Part shown: positions 32,945-47,409 of the stretch, piece by piece
How the letters are laid out: each line of letters opens with the position of its first letter
How positions within the stretch are numbered: the first letter of the stretch is position 1
DNA from: the human T2T-CHM13v2.0 reference genome, Homo sapiens
Assembly: GCF_009914755.1 (NCBI RefSeq)
Contig: NC_060947.1
Strand: one strand, 5' to 3'
DNA: 64,000 nt
The notes under the pieces: generated by a model
What the model saw: only the letters and a program-made list of their open reading frames with translations
Database searches by the model: none
Told to the model about the DNA's origin: nothing
Made by a program: the position numbers and the translations under genes

Positions 32945-33659
32945 TTAATGACATGTAAGATTCATGTGAATTTTCTTTTAATTTTTAAAATACAGTTAAA
33001 TTACAATTTAAAATACAATTAAAAATGTACATTTAAAATACAATTAAAATAAAATTAAAAAAAATTTTTAAGTACAGTACTTATTTTGTAACCAAATTAA
33101 AACTTGCTGTTTTGGAAGAGAATATGCAATAAGGTGATACTTTATCTTTGTGCTTCTATGAGAACTTTTTCCCTAAAAATGTTCTTAGAGATTCCACCTA
33201 GCCTAAATGTGTGGTTTCAAGGCACAAGAGACATCTTGGGGTAAGACACAAAATTCCCAGAACTTTTCTTTTTCATTACTTCTGTTCATGCCTTTACATT
33301 AATAAATCCTCAACTTTGAAATTTCTGAGTGAATGGTGAGTTTTACCTCTCTCAACCAGCCTATGAGTTAATTTAAAATTTTCTCACCTCTTTGGCACAG
33401 TGGCCAGGATCCATAAGTTTTGTGGTGATGAGATTTAATCCAATTAAAAGGCTGCTTCTTTCCTGCTGTGAGGTAAGCTGCACCTCTTTTTTGTTCCAAT
33501 TTTCTGGTATTCTTCCCAAAGGGTGCCAGCTCTAGATAAATTAACAACTTTGTAAAGCCTTCTTTCACTGAAGTGACTTCAAGATAACATGCTGAGTCTT
33601 TCTAAATTCAGCAGACTAAGAATATCAGTCTCTTTTTTGTCATATTGAAACGTTGGAAT

Positions 33660-33692
33660 TGTGTGTGTGTGTGTGTATGTATGTGTGTATGT
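33660..33692 (+). repeat. (TG)n microsatellite, imperfect
   Basis: Direct reading. Confidence 0.9.
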
Positions 33693-34216
33693 ATATTTTC
33701 CTTGTCTTTGGCTATCACAGGTCTACATGAAGATTATAAAAATGTGCCATGGAACACCGTTCCTAATAGGCCATTAAAACGATTAAATAATATTGTGTGC
33801 CAATTCCTGTTTGTGATGATGAGAGAGAATCTTGCCAGCATGTAATAGGGCAATATTTTATCTACACTAATTGGTTAAATTGTAGCTTTGATAATAAAAC
33901 TCTATAACTAGCATGCAATAATTGAAGAATATTAACAGTGCTCCATTCATTCCATGTGAATGGAAGATACAACTCTGCGAAGTGTGAGATTTGAACATTT
34001 CCTAAGTCTCTGCTCCTTAGAAATCAATTATATTCCTTAAAGTGGTAGTCCTTTAACAAAGACAAAAGTTTCTTAAATCTTGTGAAAAGTGAGAGTACAT
34101 TATAAAATTATCTCCTCCTCATAATGTTAAAGTTATGCCTTTTGTTTGGTAATGTCAAAAGATAATGTTCAGAAAAAGGTAAAATCATGACTCTCATACA
34201 GATATAAAAATAAACA

Positions 34217-34580
34217 TGTGGTAAAGATGTTCTCACTCAGATAAGGAAATCAGACACTTATAACTAGCTCAAAAGAAAAGTCAAAAAGCACAGATTTTTA
34301 TGGAGTGGAGGAATTGAATTGCAAGTAGAAGCAAAACTGGCTTTTTTAGGAGTAGGAATGTAAGGACGTGTGTGTGTGTGTGTGTGTGTGTGTAGGGGAT
34401 GTTAATTAAATCTCTATTAGAGTGCAGAATTTATTTGTGTATCAGTTATCTACAGTTTACAAGGTTGTACAATAGCTCAAAGGTAAGGACAAAGGTTAGA
34501 ATCAGATAATCCAGAAATATGTTCTATAGACAATGCATAGTTTTCCATTGACACATTACAGTTTTCCTACAGTAACTTCC
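34217..34580 (-). mobile_element. ERV1 (MER4-group) fragment containing (TG)n at 34368-34392
   Basis: 'tatagacaatgcatagttttccattgacaca' resembles 'tatagataatgcacagttttccagagaaaca' in the ERV internal region near 26835. Confidence 0.4.
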
Positions 34581-35343
34581 TGATTCTGTTTGTTTTTGAT
34601 AATTTTCTTACTGGACTTATATATCGTTCCCCGCTTATTGGAGTTAGGATGAAATGCCAAAATGATATATTCAGTAGTGGACTCTAATCCTCTATGTTAC
34701 TTATTAAACTATTATAAAAGGGGAAATACTTTCAAAAGTTGTGAAAATTCCTTAGCAAGTGTAACACAAAGATTACTCTTATGAATACAATATTGAGCAA
34801 AAACATGACATAAAATAATCCATTGAAAGTGATTTAATTTATATAGTTTCCAAAACAGGTAAAAATATTTTGTTTATAAATGTATGCATGTAAAATAAAA
34901 TTGTAAAGAAAACTAAGGACATAAGTATTATAAAATCCATAAAAGAAGTTCTTATTTGACCAAATGATTCTGCTGACAAATTTAAAAATTGTTTAAATAC
35001 TATATCAAAATAGAGTGGCATATGAACAGCGCAAGTCCTACCACTCCCCATTCTCACAGCCAGTCACAATGGTTTCCCTTAATGATTTTACACTATTTGA
35101 GATCTTGTGCATGTGTGATGCTTTGGTGCTTATGTATAGGGATAGAACAAAATCTTTTCACCCAATCAAGGAATGTTCTAATGGCTTCCCCTCTTTTCAT
35201 ACATTATGGGCTGCCATTATAATAGAAATCATTGTAGAAGAGGAAATAAATCATTTTCCCTCTATTTTCCTAGGTTCCCTCCCCGGGGTCCTACAAATTA
35301 GACTGGCAAAAGGCAGATTAACAAAAGAAATATAAACAGACAC

Positions 35344-35693
<350 letters not shown>

Positions 35694-35799
35694 TGATGAG
35701 TAACTCAAACAAGTGGTTAAAACTTGGGGTTATGTAAAATCTTAACAAAAGAACAATAATGTGGAGAAGTGACAGACAAAGAAAAAGGATTTAGGCTTC

Positions 35800-36182
35800 T
35801 GTATTAGTCCATTCTCACATTGCTGTGAAAACTACCCGAAACTGGGTAATTCATGAAGAAAAGAGGTTTAATTGGCTCACAGTTTTACAGGCTGTACAGG
35901 AAGCATGGCTGGGGAGGCCTTAGGAAACTTACAATCATGGCAGAAGGTGAATGGGGAAGCAGGTACATCTTCACATGGTGGAGCAGGAGACAGAGAACAA
36001 AAGAGGAGATGCTACACATTTTAAACAACCAGATCTCATGAGAACTCACTCACCATCGCAAGAACAGCAAGGGGGAAGTCTGCCCCCACAATCCAATCAC
36101 CTCCCACCAGACCCTTCTTCCATCATTGAGGGTTACAATTCCACATGTGATTTGGGTGAGGACATACAGCCAAACCATATCA
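35800..36182 (-). mobile_element. MSTA solo LTR
   Basis: TGTATTAG...CCATATCA termini; 5-bp TSD GCTTC. Confidence 0.9.
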
Positions 36183-36676
36183 GCTTCCAAGAGCATCAAG
36201 CTGTAGGAAGTTTAGGATTCTGGGGGAAATTAGTGGAGTAAGGTTTGTTTGTGCAGGTCCATCTTGGTGTCAACTTTCCATCTTTCTCATGTTCAAAGAA
36301 CTTCCCCGTGAGAGGGTATTTATGGCAGTCCTCATTCTCAAGTTTCTGCTTTTAGTCAGAGAAAAGAATCCCCTTGAAGGCTTCTTTCTGCCTTTGGTGA
36401 ATCTCAAACACCTTTTCTCAAAATCACCCTTATGCTAAAATGGCATATTTTGGAGTGGCATACTCTGGAACCTTTCAACATATAGACCCAAGATTGGCCC
36501 TGAAGCATTCTGTTGTAGAGTTTCCCTCCCTCAGAAGGAATAGAGGCTTAGATTGAGGTATTTAGGTAAGGACCCTAGCGTACACATTAAACGAAGGCTA
36601 CCTGCATATTAACTTTAAAATTTATTGAATTCTAGAGAAAATTGAACCCAATATATTGACAACAACTTGGTTATCT

Positions 36677-37283
36677 AGAAATTCTCAACAGGGATGCTAG
36701 TGGCATTTTGAGCAGGACAATTCTTTAATATTAATTGTCTGTGCCCTAAATACTGCATGATATTTAGCATTGTTGGTAGTTGGGCACTAAATTTCAGTAG
36801 CAGCCAAGTTTTTGTGACATCTAAAAACCTCCCACCCATTCATTTCCAATTACAGTTGGGGGATATACCATCTGTATTAGTTTATTTTCACGCTGCTATG
36901 ATGAAATACCCAAGACATGATGAAATACCTGAGACTGGGCAATTTATAAAGGAGAGATTTAATTGACTCACAGTTCTGCATTGCTGGGGAGGCCTCAGGA
37001 AACTTACAGTCGCCGTGGAAGGGGAAGCAAACACGTCCTTCTTCACGTGGTGGCAGAAAGGAGTGCTGAGCAAAGGGGGAAAAGCCCCTATAAAACCATC
37101 AGATCTCAGTGAGAACTCACTCACTATCACGGGAACAGCATGGAGAAACCACCCCCATGATTCATTTACCTCCCACTGGGTCCTCCCATGACACGTGGGG
37201 ATTATGGGAACAACAATTCAAGATGAGATTTGGGTGGGGACAGAGCCAAACCATATCACCATCCCTGGTTTAAAATACTACCA
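36677..37283. mobile_element. MER3-like hAT-Charlie MITE split by THE1
   Basis: 'ttctcaacagggatgctagtggcattttgagcaggacaattcttt'. Confidence 0.6.
36873..37258 (-). mobile_element. THE1 (THE1C-like) solo LTR
   Basis: Intact termini; 5-bp TSD CCATC (36868-72 and 37259-63). Confidence 0.92.
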
Positions 37284-37289
37284 CCTTCA

Positions 37290-37790
37290 GAGGATCATTA
37301 TTCACAGTACTCAAGAGGTGAAAGCAACTCAACTGTCCATTGACAGATAAATGGATAAACAAAATGTGGTATACACATACAATGGAATATTATTCAGGCT
37401 TAAAAATGAAAAAAATTTGGTATACGCTACAACATGGATGAACCTTGTGGCCATTATATGACATGAAGTAAGCCAGTCACAGAAAGATAAATACTGTGTG
37501 ATTCCACTTATATGAGTAGCCAAACTCATAAAAACAGAAAGTAAAATGGTCATTTTCAATGGGGAAGGGAGAGGGGAAAAGGGGAGATGTTGTTTAATGG
37601 GTATAGAGTTTCAGTTTTGCAAGATGAGAAAATTATGGAAATGGCTTGCACAACCATATAAGTATACTTAACACGTCTGTATACTTAAAAATTATTGTGT
37701 ACACTTAAAATGATTAAAATGAACTTTATACTTCGAATGATTTGTGGTAAATTTTATGTAATATAGATTTTATCACAATTTTAAAAATAC
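37290..37790 (+). mobile_element. L1MB-type 3' end
   Basis: 'atggataaacaaaatgtggtatacacatacaatggaatattattcagg...ggtaaattttatgtaa'. Confidence 0.85.
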
Positions 37791-38455
37791 TGCCACCAAT
37801 CTGAAATATTAAGAAAAACATTATTTTAGAGTATAAGGTATTATATTGCTTACATACTGGGACACCCAAATAATGACTTTTTATGAACAAATTATGACTT
37901 TAAAATTTGCAAGGGGATAAAACTAGTCATACATTTCAACATCTCAAGAAATATTTCTTTTAAATATATTATTTACAATGACACCAGTTCTCTACTTGGT
38001 GGAGTGGCCTGGAAGAATATTTTATAAAAGTCCTAGAGGTTTTCTATACAAGTTATTTCACAAATTTATTGCCAAATAAATGCATTGAGGGCTAGCTCTG
38101 GGTAGGAATGTGAAGTCATGTTAAAAATAAAATCTATTAGCACAATTGTCAGAACTTAAATGAATAAATAACAGGATTTTAAGCTCTGGAGAGTCTTGGA
38201 AATTTTTTTCATGCCTCAGCTCTTACCACAGTTGTCCTTTGTGCTAACAAGCCCATTCTGCAGGCTTTTCATTGCTTGTGTAGAAACATGCTAAGCAGCA
38301 ATATTTCTTGAAGATAGAATTTATTTCTAATAAATTGTCAGGTCCTCCCAACCAGTATTTTATTTAAGCAAACAATGTCAAATCTTGACTTTTCTAGATG
38401 TTACATTAAGGGAGAAACAGAGAAACACATTTGAAAACACTAAACTTGGGTCAAG

Positions 38456-38521
38456 AGATTTGATCAGGTAAGGTTAAAATTTAAGCTTAGATTTGATCAG
38501 GTTAGGTTAAAATTTAAGCTA
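38456..38521 (+). repeat. 33-bp tandem duplication
   Basis: AGATTTGATCAGGTAAGGTTAAAATTTAAGCTT followed by AGATTTGATCAGGTTAGGTTAAAATTTAAGCTA. Confidence 0.95.
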
Positions 38522-38985
38522 AAAGTAAACTAAAGGCTAACCTAAGATATTAATGTCACATCAAAGTGAGATAGAGCCAAGGTAATTCCATAGTGTTTGG
38601 TGTTAACACATGAACTTGGCCCTAATGTAGTACTAAAAGATGTGGTAGGTTTTCCAAGGAAATTTTTAAATGAGATATATTTGAGTCCTGTCCTCCATTA
38701 ATGCACAGAATATCCTTCTTTATGTCTACCCAGATTTATGTCCTTTTTAATCATCTTTTCAAGGAGTGGTGCAAAAATGTGGATGTAGGGAAAGGAGAGG
38801 TGTGACAATAAATGTTATTTACAAAAAGTCATTAAGGAAAGAGAGTTTGTGTGGTATGAAATAAAAAACAAATCTGGGCTTAGATAAGGAGAGACTATTG
38901 CAATAGAGAAAGGAGAGCTACTGTAATACAGAGAACACTCAGATCCTAAGATTTCTAAGCATCTTAAAGGGCAGGCAGATACGGT

Positions 38986-39022
38986 CTTTCTTTCTTTTTC
39001 TTTCTTTCTTTCTTTCTTTATT

Positions 39023-39067
<45 letters not shown>

Positions 39068-39120
39068 TTTGGTTCTTTCTTTGATTCTTTGTTTCTTTCT
39101 CTCTTTTTTTCTTTCTTTTT
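38986..39120 (+). repeat. (TTTC)n compound microsatellite derived from an L1 poly(A) tail
   Basis: Direct reading; abuts an antisense L1MA 3' end. Confidence 0.92.
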
Positions 39121-39639
39121 AATTTGCAATGCTTATTTTTTTAGTGTAGTATATTTAATTGTCAAATGAAGATTTAATATATACCAGCTGTATAACATGA
39201 CGATTTGACATAGGTATACATTATGTAATGATTACCGCAATCAAATTAATTCAAACGTCTGTCGCCACCCATGCTGTACATTAGAGTCCCTGAACTTGTT
39301 CATCTTGTAGCTGAACGTTTATACCATTTGACCAGCATCTCCCCATTTTCCCCACCTTTCTTTAGTCCGTGGCAACCACTGTTCTATGCTCTTGATTCTA
39401 TGAGATCTACACCCCATGCTCATTGCAGCTTTATTCAGAATAGCCAAGCTATGGAAGCAACCTAAGTGTCCATCAATGGATGAATGGACAAAGAAAATGT
39501 GATATAGAAGGAAATTCTGTCATTTGCAACAACATGGATGAACCTGGAGGGTATTATGGTAAGTGAAATAAGCCAGGCACAGAAAGGAAAATACTACATG
39601 ATCACACTTACGTGTAAAATCTAAACAAGTTGAACTCAT
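38986..39639 (-). mobile_element. L1MA8-10-like element with 5' inversion
   Basis: Antisense 3' end to 39404, then sense piece 39405-39639 ending at 'gaactcat'. Confidence 0.8.
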
Positions 39640-40062
39640 GACTTTTCTTTATAGGGAAGAGTAAACAAGTCTAGGAAGAATTGGGTGTGGGGATATGGAA
39701 TGAGCAGATGTGGTAATCAGACAGTTAAGCAGGACATGTTTTACTTTGAGGTCAGCTGATTCTCTGGGAGATGCTTTTAGAGGAGGTGAGGTTGCCCCAC
39801 ATTCCAATGTTTGCTGGAGCTCAAGGGTGGGCTGAAATTTAGGGGCCTGGGGAAAAAAGAAATGCTGACTAAAATTTGCTGATGTCAAGTTAGTAGGCAC
39901 TTACCCAATTTGGTCAGTGGGGGCAAGTCATTCAGCCAATTATTTATGAGACAAAGAATGGAAATTTGGAGGGTCTGTGTCTGGCCTTTTCATAGGTGAG
40001 CAAGGGGGCATCTGGGAGTCTTATCTGATTCATATGGAAAATGATGGTTCTGTAGAGTGACA

Positions 40063-40683
40063 CAGGGGTCCCTAACCCCCAGGCCACTGATTGGTACGAG
40101 TCTGTGGCCTGTTAGGAATCAGGCAGCACAGCAGGAGGTGAGCAAGCATTACTGCCTGAGCTCCGCCTCCTGTCAGATCAGCCATGGCATTAGATTCTCA
40201 TAGGAGTGCAAAGCCTATTGTAAACTGCACATGAGAGGGATCTAGGTTGCATGCTCCTTATGACAATCTAATGCCTGATGATCTGAGATGGAATAGTTTT
40301 ATCCCAAAACCATACCCAACCCCGCAACCTGGGTCTGTGGAAGCATTTTCTTCCACTGGTGCCAAAAAGATTGGGGAGGCCGGGCGTGGTGGCTCACGCC
40401 TGTAATCCCAGCACTTTGGGAGGCCAAGGTGGGTGGATCACGAGGTCAGGAGTTTGAGACCAGCCTGGCCAATATGGTGAAACCCCATCTCTACTAAAAA
40501 TATAAAAATTAGCTGGGCATGGTGGCACGCGACTGTAGTCCCAGCTACTTGGGAGGCTGCGGCAGAAGAATCGCTTGAACCTGGGAGGCGGAGGTTGCAG
40601 TGAGCCGAGATGGCACTACTGGGTGACAGAACGAGACTCGGTCTCAAAAAAAAAAAAAAAAAAAAAAAGTTTGAGGACTGCTG
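40063..40683. mobile_element. MER1B hAT-Charlie element
   Basis: 'caggggtccctaaccccc...gatctaggttgcatgctccttatg...gactgctg'. Confidence 0.88.
40378..40668 (+). mobile_element. AluSg-like inserted into the MER1B terminus
   Basis: TSD AAAAAGATTGGGGA / AAAAAGTTTGAGGA; small right-arm deletion. Confidence 0.92.
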
Positions 40684-40787
40684 CAGCAACCCATTTCCCA
40701 GAACACAAGTGTGAAGATTTTCTTCACTGTCACTGTTTGCTGTTTTCCAGGAGCACAAGGCTTAGTGTAAGTTCAAAATTGTCAGTA

Positions 40788-40960
40788 GCTTAGTGGAAAG
40801 CATCCAGGTTGTTAAATCCTTAAGTTAAAGTCTTGGTTCTTAAACCTATTGGTTTGACTGTGTGCAATCTACTTGGCATGTTTGGGCCTCAGATTCATTA
40901 GAGATCATGATACAACTTCAACTTAATTACACAATTGTTGTGAGAATCAAAGGAGAAGAA
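40788..40960 (+). mobile_element. MIR SINE
   Basis: 'gggcctcagattc...ttgttgtgagaatcaaaggaga'. Confidence 0.55.
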
Positions 40961-43040
40961 AAGGAAATGCATTTTAATGGGCCAAATAAAGTTGCCACTA
41001 TTAAGTCATCTATGGGTCAGATCTTTCTAGGACAACTGCTTCACAGTTATCGTTTGTCCACAGAAACATCACTTCTTATTTGTTCAAGTTCTAGTATATT
41101 GCCATGAAACCCAATGCAGACAGGCCTATTATAGACTACCAGAGTTTTGCTCACAATTCTCAGTTGTTGACTACGCAAGGAAACTCTTATAAAACCACAA
41201 ACTCTGATAGGAACAGTTTTCATATTTGCATTCATTTATTTGATTATCACATGTTCACTCCTTTTTGGGATAAAAGCTCCTAGACATACGGGAGAGAATT
41301 CAGCTCAATGTCTCATTGATTGGGAAAGATACAGCAGTATTACAGGTTTCACAGGGGGACGTCTCCATATATTCATGGATGTGATAAAGTTAAATGAAAT
41401 TTTGTGTAATATTTATAGCAAAACACATAAAAGGAAGCACTGTAATGATTTTAGAGATTCAAATCTCTAATACAATAATATAATTTGACATAAAATTGAT
41501 AATTACAAAATTTAAAAATAAAACATAAGTTTCCTTTGTAGAACTTTGCAAAATTTTAAATCAATATACTCAAACTCACTCCAGTGCTATTAATGCTTAT
41601 GTCTCAGTATATCTAGGGTCATTTGTGGCCTTTTATTTTTCTTTCCCATCAGTAAACACCAATATGTCTTTTGAACTCATTATTGGCAGGTACTGCATTT
41701 TATGAAAATTGACAGCTCAGAAAGTGATGGGGGAAAAAATGTAGATCATGGAATCATGGCATGCTGGGGCATTTCTGGCATTTACTACTGGATGTGCTAT
41801 TCCCAGGTACATTCTCCCTTAGGCATCTTTAGTTCTCGAGCCTTCAACTTTTCTCAGAAAGGATAATATATTTCTTATTCCTATTAATCACGGACCCAAC
41901 CTAGTGCTGGCTTCTCCCTCTTCAATCCCATTCTCAGAAATGAGAAAGTATTTTTTTATACCTTTGTATGACCTTCTGTGTATTCTGATAATAAGAAAAT
42001 ATGATTAATGTTCCAAAAAGAATAAAAGGAAGGGCAGGTCCTATCCAAACATTTCTCCTTACCCATCATGGTTTCTATGCTTATTATTACAATCACTTCC
42101 TTTTAAAATGCTCTGAACTCCTTTGCACTCTCTTCCTCCCTTAATTACTCCCAGTTGGTAAATCTCAACCCTTCAACTATTTTCACCCAAGGAGCAGAAA
42201 ATTTCTGGGAAAAATAAAATCCACACAACTTTGCTGACCATTCCCACTTTAAATTCATAGCAACTATCAGAGAAAGAGCACTAAAGTCTAATACATTTTC
42301 CTAGGATATTTATTTTCCCACTTTTCAAAACAGTCAGTTTATAGATCCATCTCTCTATTTAAGCTCCTACTCTCATACCCCAATCCAATCTCAGCTGCTA
42401 AGGTTGCCTCCTACTTCATGAATAGAAGCAAAGAGCATCTCTGCCAGCTTCCTTGTCGACCAACTTTCCAGAACCTTCACCCTTTTTATGAGGTAACAGT
42501 ACCTCTACTCCTATCAAAAGCTATCACCCCCAATTTATCACGGAGTGGCATCCCTTCTGCCTTCTCAAGGGCAATTCCCCCATTTCTATTTTTTCATCTT
42601 ACCCACAGAAAACACACTTTGGCAACTCCCTTCTCGTAAAAGAAAGAATTCCCACCTTAATATCGTCCTCCAACCAACACTCTTTTTAACTGCTCTTCCT
42701 CACATAAAAACTTTTCAAATTCATTGTGGTTTTGGACACCTTTGCTTTGTCAGCACCCATCCAAACAGCCTATTAAATCGATTTGTCAAAGCTTCTAACA
42801 AACTTCCATAGTGCCTTATCCAAACATTCTCATCTTACTCAACTTCTTTGTATCCCTTAAGTCTATTGACCTTCTTGAAATATGTCTAGTCTTCACGAAA
42901 CATTTCCTTCTCTCGATTCCACATTCCCAGATTTATCTCATCATTGACTCCTCGGCCTCCTTTGCTGGTTTCACCTCTTCTCCACTTCCACATGATGGAA
43001 AGATCCAGGGCACAGTCCTTCCTATGCTCTCTTCCTAGAC

Positions 43041-43219
43041 CAGTGGTTCTCAAGCCCAGACGCTGTCTCAAATCACTTAGAGGGTTCTTTAAATATGTAA
43101 ATACAGAGAATATCCTCTCAACATTTTAAATTTAATTGACCTGGAACAGGGCATGACATCTATACGTTTAAGAAGCTTTTTAGACGATTCCAAAGTGCAG
43201 TCAGGATTGAGGAACACTG
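43041..43219. mobile_element. MER5A MITE
   Basis: TIRs CAGTGGTTCTCAA ... TTGAGGAACACTG. Confidence 0.8.
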
Positions 43220-43926
43220 CCCCAGAAAATATGCAGGCCCATAGTTCTAAGTACCAATTATATGCTGTTGATTCCAAATAGATATCACCAGCCAGGATCT
43301 TTCCCTGTTTGCCTATTTGATATTGCCATTTAGATGTCAAAGCATCTTAAAAGGAACATATTCAAAATGGAATTTGATGTATTACCTTTCCTCAATTCTG
43401 CACAGCTAATCTATCAAGTATTACTGACATCCTATCAAAAATATATCTTGAATGTATCCCTTTTTCTTCATTTCCACTATCTCTTTCCTAATTCAAGTTG
43501 CTTTGATTGTATTCCTTGTCTGCTGCAATAGCCTTTCCACTGGTCTCCTTGCTTTTATATCCCATTCTTCTCCATTCTGCATACCATAAGCAGACTTTTG
43601 TTAATGTAAACCATACCAAGTTTCTCCTTTGTTTTAATGTCCTCTAATTGCTTTGCACTGCTCTTAAAATACAAACTCCTTACTATGATTTTTAAAGGCC
43701 CTATGCGATCTATCCCAGGGTGCTTCCTAAAGCAATTTTCATATGACATTTTCAATTACTCACTATCCTCCAACCTTACTATTTTCTGTTTTGCAAACAC
43801 ATCATGATTTCTCTTGCCTTAAGGCCTTTGCACTCACTGGTCCCTCTGTACCTAGTTGGCCCTTTTCCATACCTTGTGCTTCATCTTTCCGCTATGGGGC
43901 CGAGTATAATTTCCTCAAAAATATCA

Positions 43927-44168
43927 CAGTTGTTAAGAACACTGCCTGTGTGTCAAACTATATAGGTTAAAATCTCATCTCCATCATTTCCTAATAGTGT
44001 GATCTTAAAAGAGCTAGGTAAACAATCTGGACTGAGTATCTGCATATGTAAAATTAAGATGACAATAATGCCAACATCCTAAGTTGTTGAAATAGCCTAA
44101 TCAATATATATGGGAAACAGAGAAGTATTTGATGCATAAGTGTCCAATAAATGTTAACTGTTACTATA
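43927..44168 (+). mobile_element. MIR SINE
   Basis: 'gttgttaagaacactg...catatgtaaaattaagatgacaataatg...caataaatgttaactgttact'. Confidence 0.7.
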
Positions 44169-44870
44169 ATTCTCTGATTATCTTATATAAAGCAAGGTAG
44201 CTAGTCTATCACCTTGATTTTTGTCTTCAAAAACACTTAATCTCCCCTAATCTCCCTTTTCTTGATTATTTTTTAATTAATTTCTATTTTAATTAATTTT
44301 TATTTTCTGCCTTCTCAAACTACACCCATCACTACAACCGAAGCCCTACTAGAATTTAAGTTCTATGAAAGCAGGGATTTTATTTGTCTTGTTCAGTGCA
44401 GATTACACAGATATAGAACAGAACCAGGCACAGAGTAGGTGCTCAGTAAATATTTGTTAAATCAGTGGCGATGAGTATAAACTGAGCATAGGTTTTATTC
44501 ATGTTTTTAAAGAGAGGAATATGTGAGAATGAAATCAGTAGATATCAGTGAGTATAGACATTCTAAAAATAAAGAACTATTTTATTGGGTTTAAACCTGA
44601 CTCTGTGCCTCTTTCGAAGACAAGACTTTGGATAACTCAAAAGTGGAAGATGACATATTACTTCCATAGAAAAAACATCAGGTTTTTAAAAACTTGCCAT
44701 ACAATTACCACAATCATGATAAAAATCAATTGTACATTTTTTTCTAAAAGATATTATACTGAAATAAATTCAAATTCTATTAGTCAAAATGAAGTATTAT
44801 AAGGTAGTATTTTCATCTAAAAGTTTAAGATCAATTCATTTTTGGATGCAAATTAACTACATGTTCAACC

Positions 44871-45228
<358 letters not shown>

Positions 45229-46262
45229 CTACAGCTTATGTTTACAATTTAAAGACAAATACAATCTTCAGATTTCTTTAGAATGCATTTTTTAAAATAA
45301 TATAAATTTATCTTGATTACTACAACTTCATCCTCAAAAACCAAATTTTGTCTGCCCAAGAAAGGATATGAGCAGTGTAAAGCAAGTTCAAAAGCTCTCG
45401 AATGAATAGAGAATCAGTCATGCTGAAGGGGCTTCACATTTTATTAAATGAGTTTTCAAGAGACATCAGATTCTTCATCATATTCTACCACTTAGGTTGA
45501 GTGGATTCTAAAAAATCATGGGAATTTCAAGGACAAATGCCCCTTTATTGTCTTCTAAAAACCCCATGTGGTACATTCCAAAACATCATTCTATATTTTT
45601 ATTGAATTTGAAAAAGTGAAATGAAACAGAATAAAAATTTCTTTGTTGTAATGCTAATACTTCAAAAACTGGGCTTATAAATTGTCACCACACCTCAGCT
45701 TTGGGACTAAGGAATCTCTGCTCTCCTCAGTTCTCTCTTTGTGTAAAAATGTTGAATGGAGGAGTAGTCTCAGATGCTTATTTATTTGAGTCACAATAGC
45801 TGCCTGAGAAAACCCTAAGCAAAAGTAAATGAATGCATGGATTTTCTGTTCCTGTATTGTTTTCTTGGTTTCCCAGTGCTCCAGTGATTTCATCCAAGAG
45901 GAAAGCACAAAAAGAGTTTGAATCGCATGGCAGATTTAATTTCACTTCAAGAACTTGTCAACTCACTAAAAAGAAAGCTGACCTACCTCACCATTAGTTT
46001 TGTATTACTAATGAGCCTTAAAAGATGAATAACCCATCTTTGAACAAATTTTAAGTGGTTGTCTTATATCAAAGCTGTCTTTTAACTTTTAGTAGTACCT
46101 GCAATCACCAGACTGAGTTGTACTATATAGGTGCCAACTAGGAAGAGACTGGTTCACAGAGATTTGGGTATTAACTGTCTAACAGTCACAACTATATGTC
46201 ATTTTGGAACAACTTACATATTAGAGTAACTTTAAGTTGGTTACTTTTTAAAACACAGTTTT

Positions 46263-46620
<358 letters not shown>

Positions 46621-46632
46621 TTAAAAAATAAT

Positions 46633-46964
46633 GGCCGGGTGTGGTGGCTCACGCCTGTAATCCCTGCACTTTGGGAGGCCGAGGTGGGTGATCACCTGAG
46701 GTCAGGAGTTCGAGACCAGCCAGGCCAACATGATGAAACCCCGTCTCTACTAAAAATACAAAAAAAAAAAATAATAATAATTAGCTGGGCATGATGGTAC
46801 GTGCCTGTAATCCCAGCTACTCAGGAGGCTGAGGCAGGAGAATCACTTGAAGCCGGGAGGCGGAGGTTGCAGTGAGCTGAGGTTGCAGTGAGCCAAGATT
46901 GCGCCACTGCACTCCAGCCTGGGCAACAAGAGCAAAACTCCATCTCAATAAATAATAATAATAA
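46633..46964 (+). mobile_element. AluSq/Sx with internal 16-bp duplication and (AAT)n tail
   Basis: GAGGTTGCAGTGAGCY twice at 46863-46894. Confidence 0.93.
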
Positions 46965-47409
46965 TTAAACTTTAAAATCAGATATATAAATATTTGCTGA
47001 GAAATATATTATTCACCGGATTCTAAATATAAGTTAAGTATCAAGTTTCTTACCCACCACTTCTCTCACCTACTATTCAGTAATGTCAATTACAACTTGA
47101 ACGTCAATATGTAAATATCACAATTTTGGTCCAAGCAGGCCTTACATGTGAGTAGATAAGATGGAAAGATGCCAAAAGACACATTGTGCCTCCGAAAATA
47201 TCTCTCATTTTGCCTCATCTGAAGCACCAATTGCTAGTCATTTAATTGAGCACCATCTCCAGAAGAACTTGGTGACATCCACATATTACCCCTTGGAATC
47301 ACAGACATGACTTACTACTTTCACAAAGGTACATTGCTCAGATTAGCTAATTTCAAAATCCCGGAAACCAATAAAAAATTGTGATATCAGAATGGAGAAA
47401 TGTCCATGC

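Larger units (their letters stand above)
38855..40784 (-). mobile_element. MER67C-like ERV1 solo LTR split by L1MA and MER1B/Alu
   Basis: Terminus 'gctgttttccaggagcacaaggcttagtgtaagttcaaaattgtca'; related to the LTRs at 25564 and 28426. Confidence 0.75.
42050..44465 (+). mobile_element. Long degenerate L2a fragment
   Basis: Pyrimidine-rich L2 body; terminus 'ccaggcacagagtaggtgctcagtaaatatttgttaaat'. Confidence 0.75.

Noticed and set aside
32985-33070. AT-rich imperfect repeats (AAAATACAATTAAA) as a functional array
   Set aside because: Low-complexity slippage products with no consistent period.
38456-38521. CRISPR-like repeat
   Set aside because: Only two adjacent copies with no spacer, in a primate genomic context.
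38815-39129. K/E/R-rich 104-aa ORF
   Set aside because: Translation of the (GAAA)n microsatellite.
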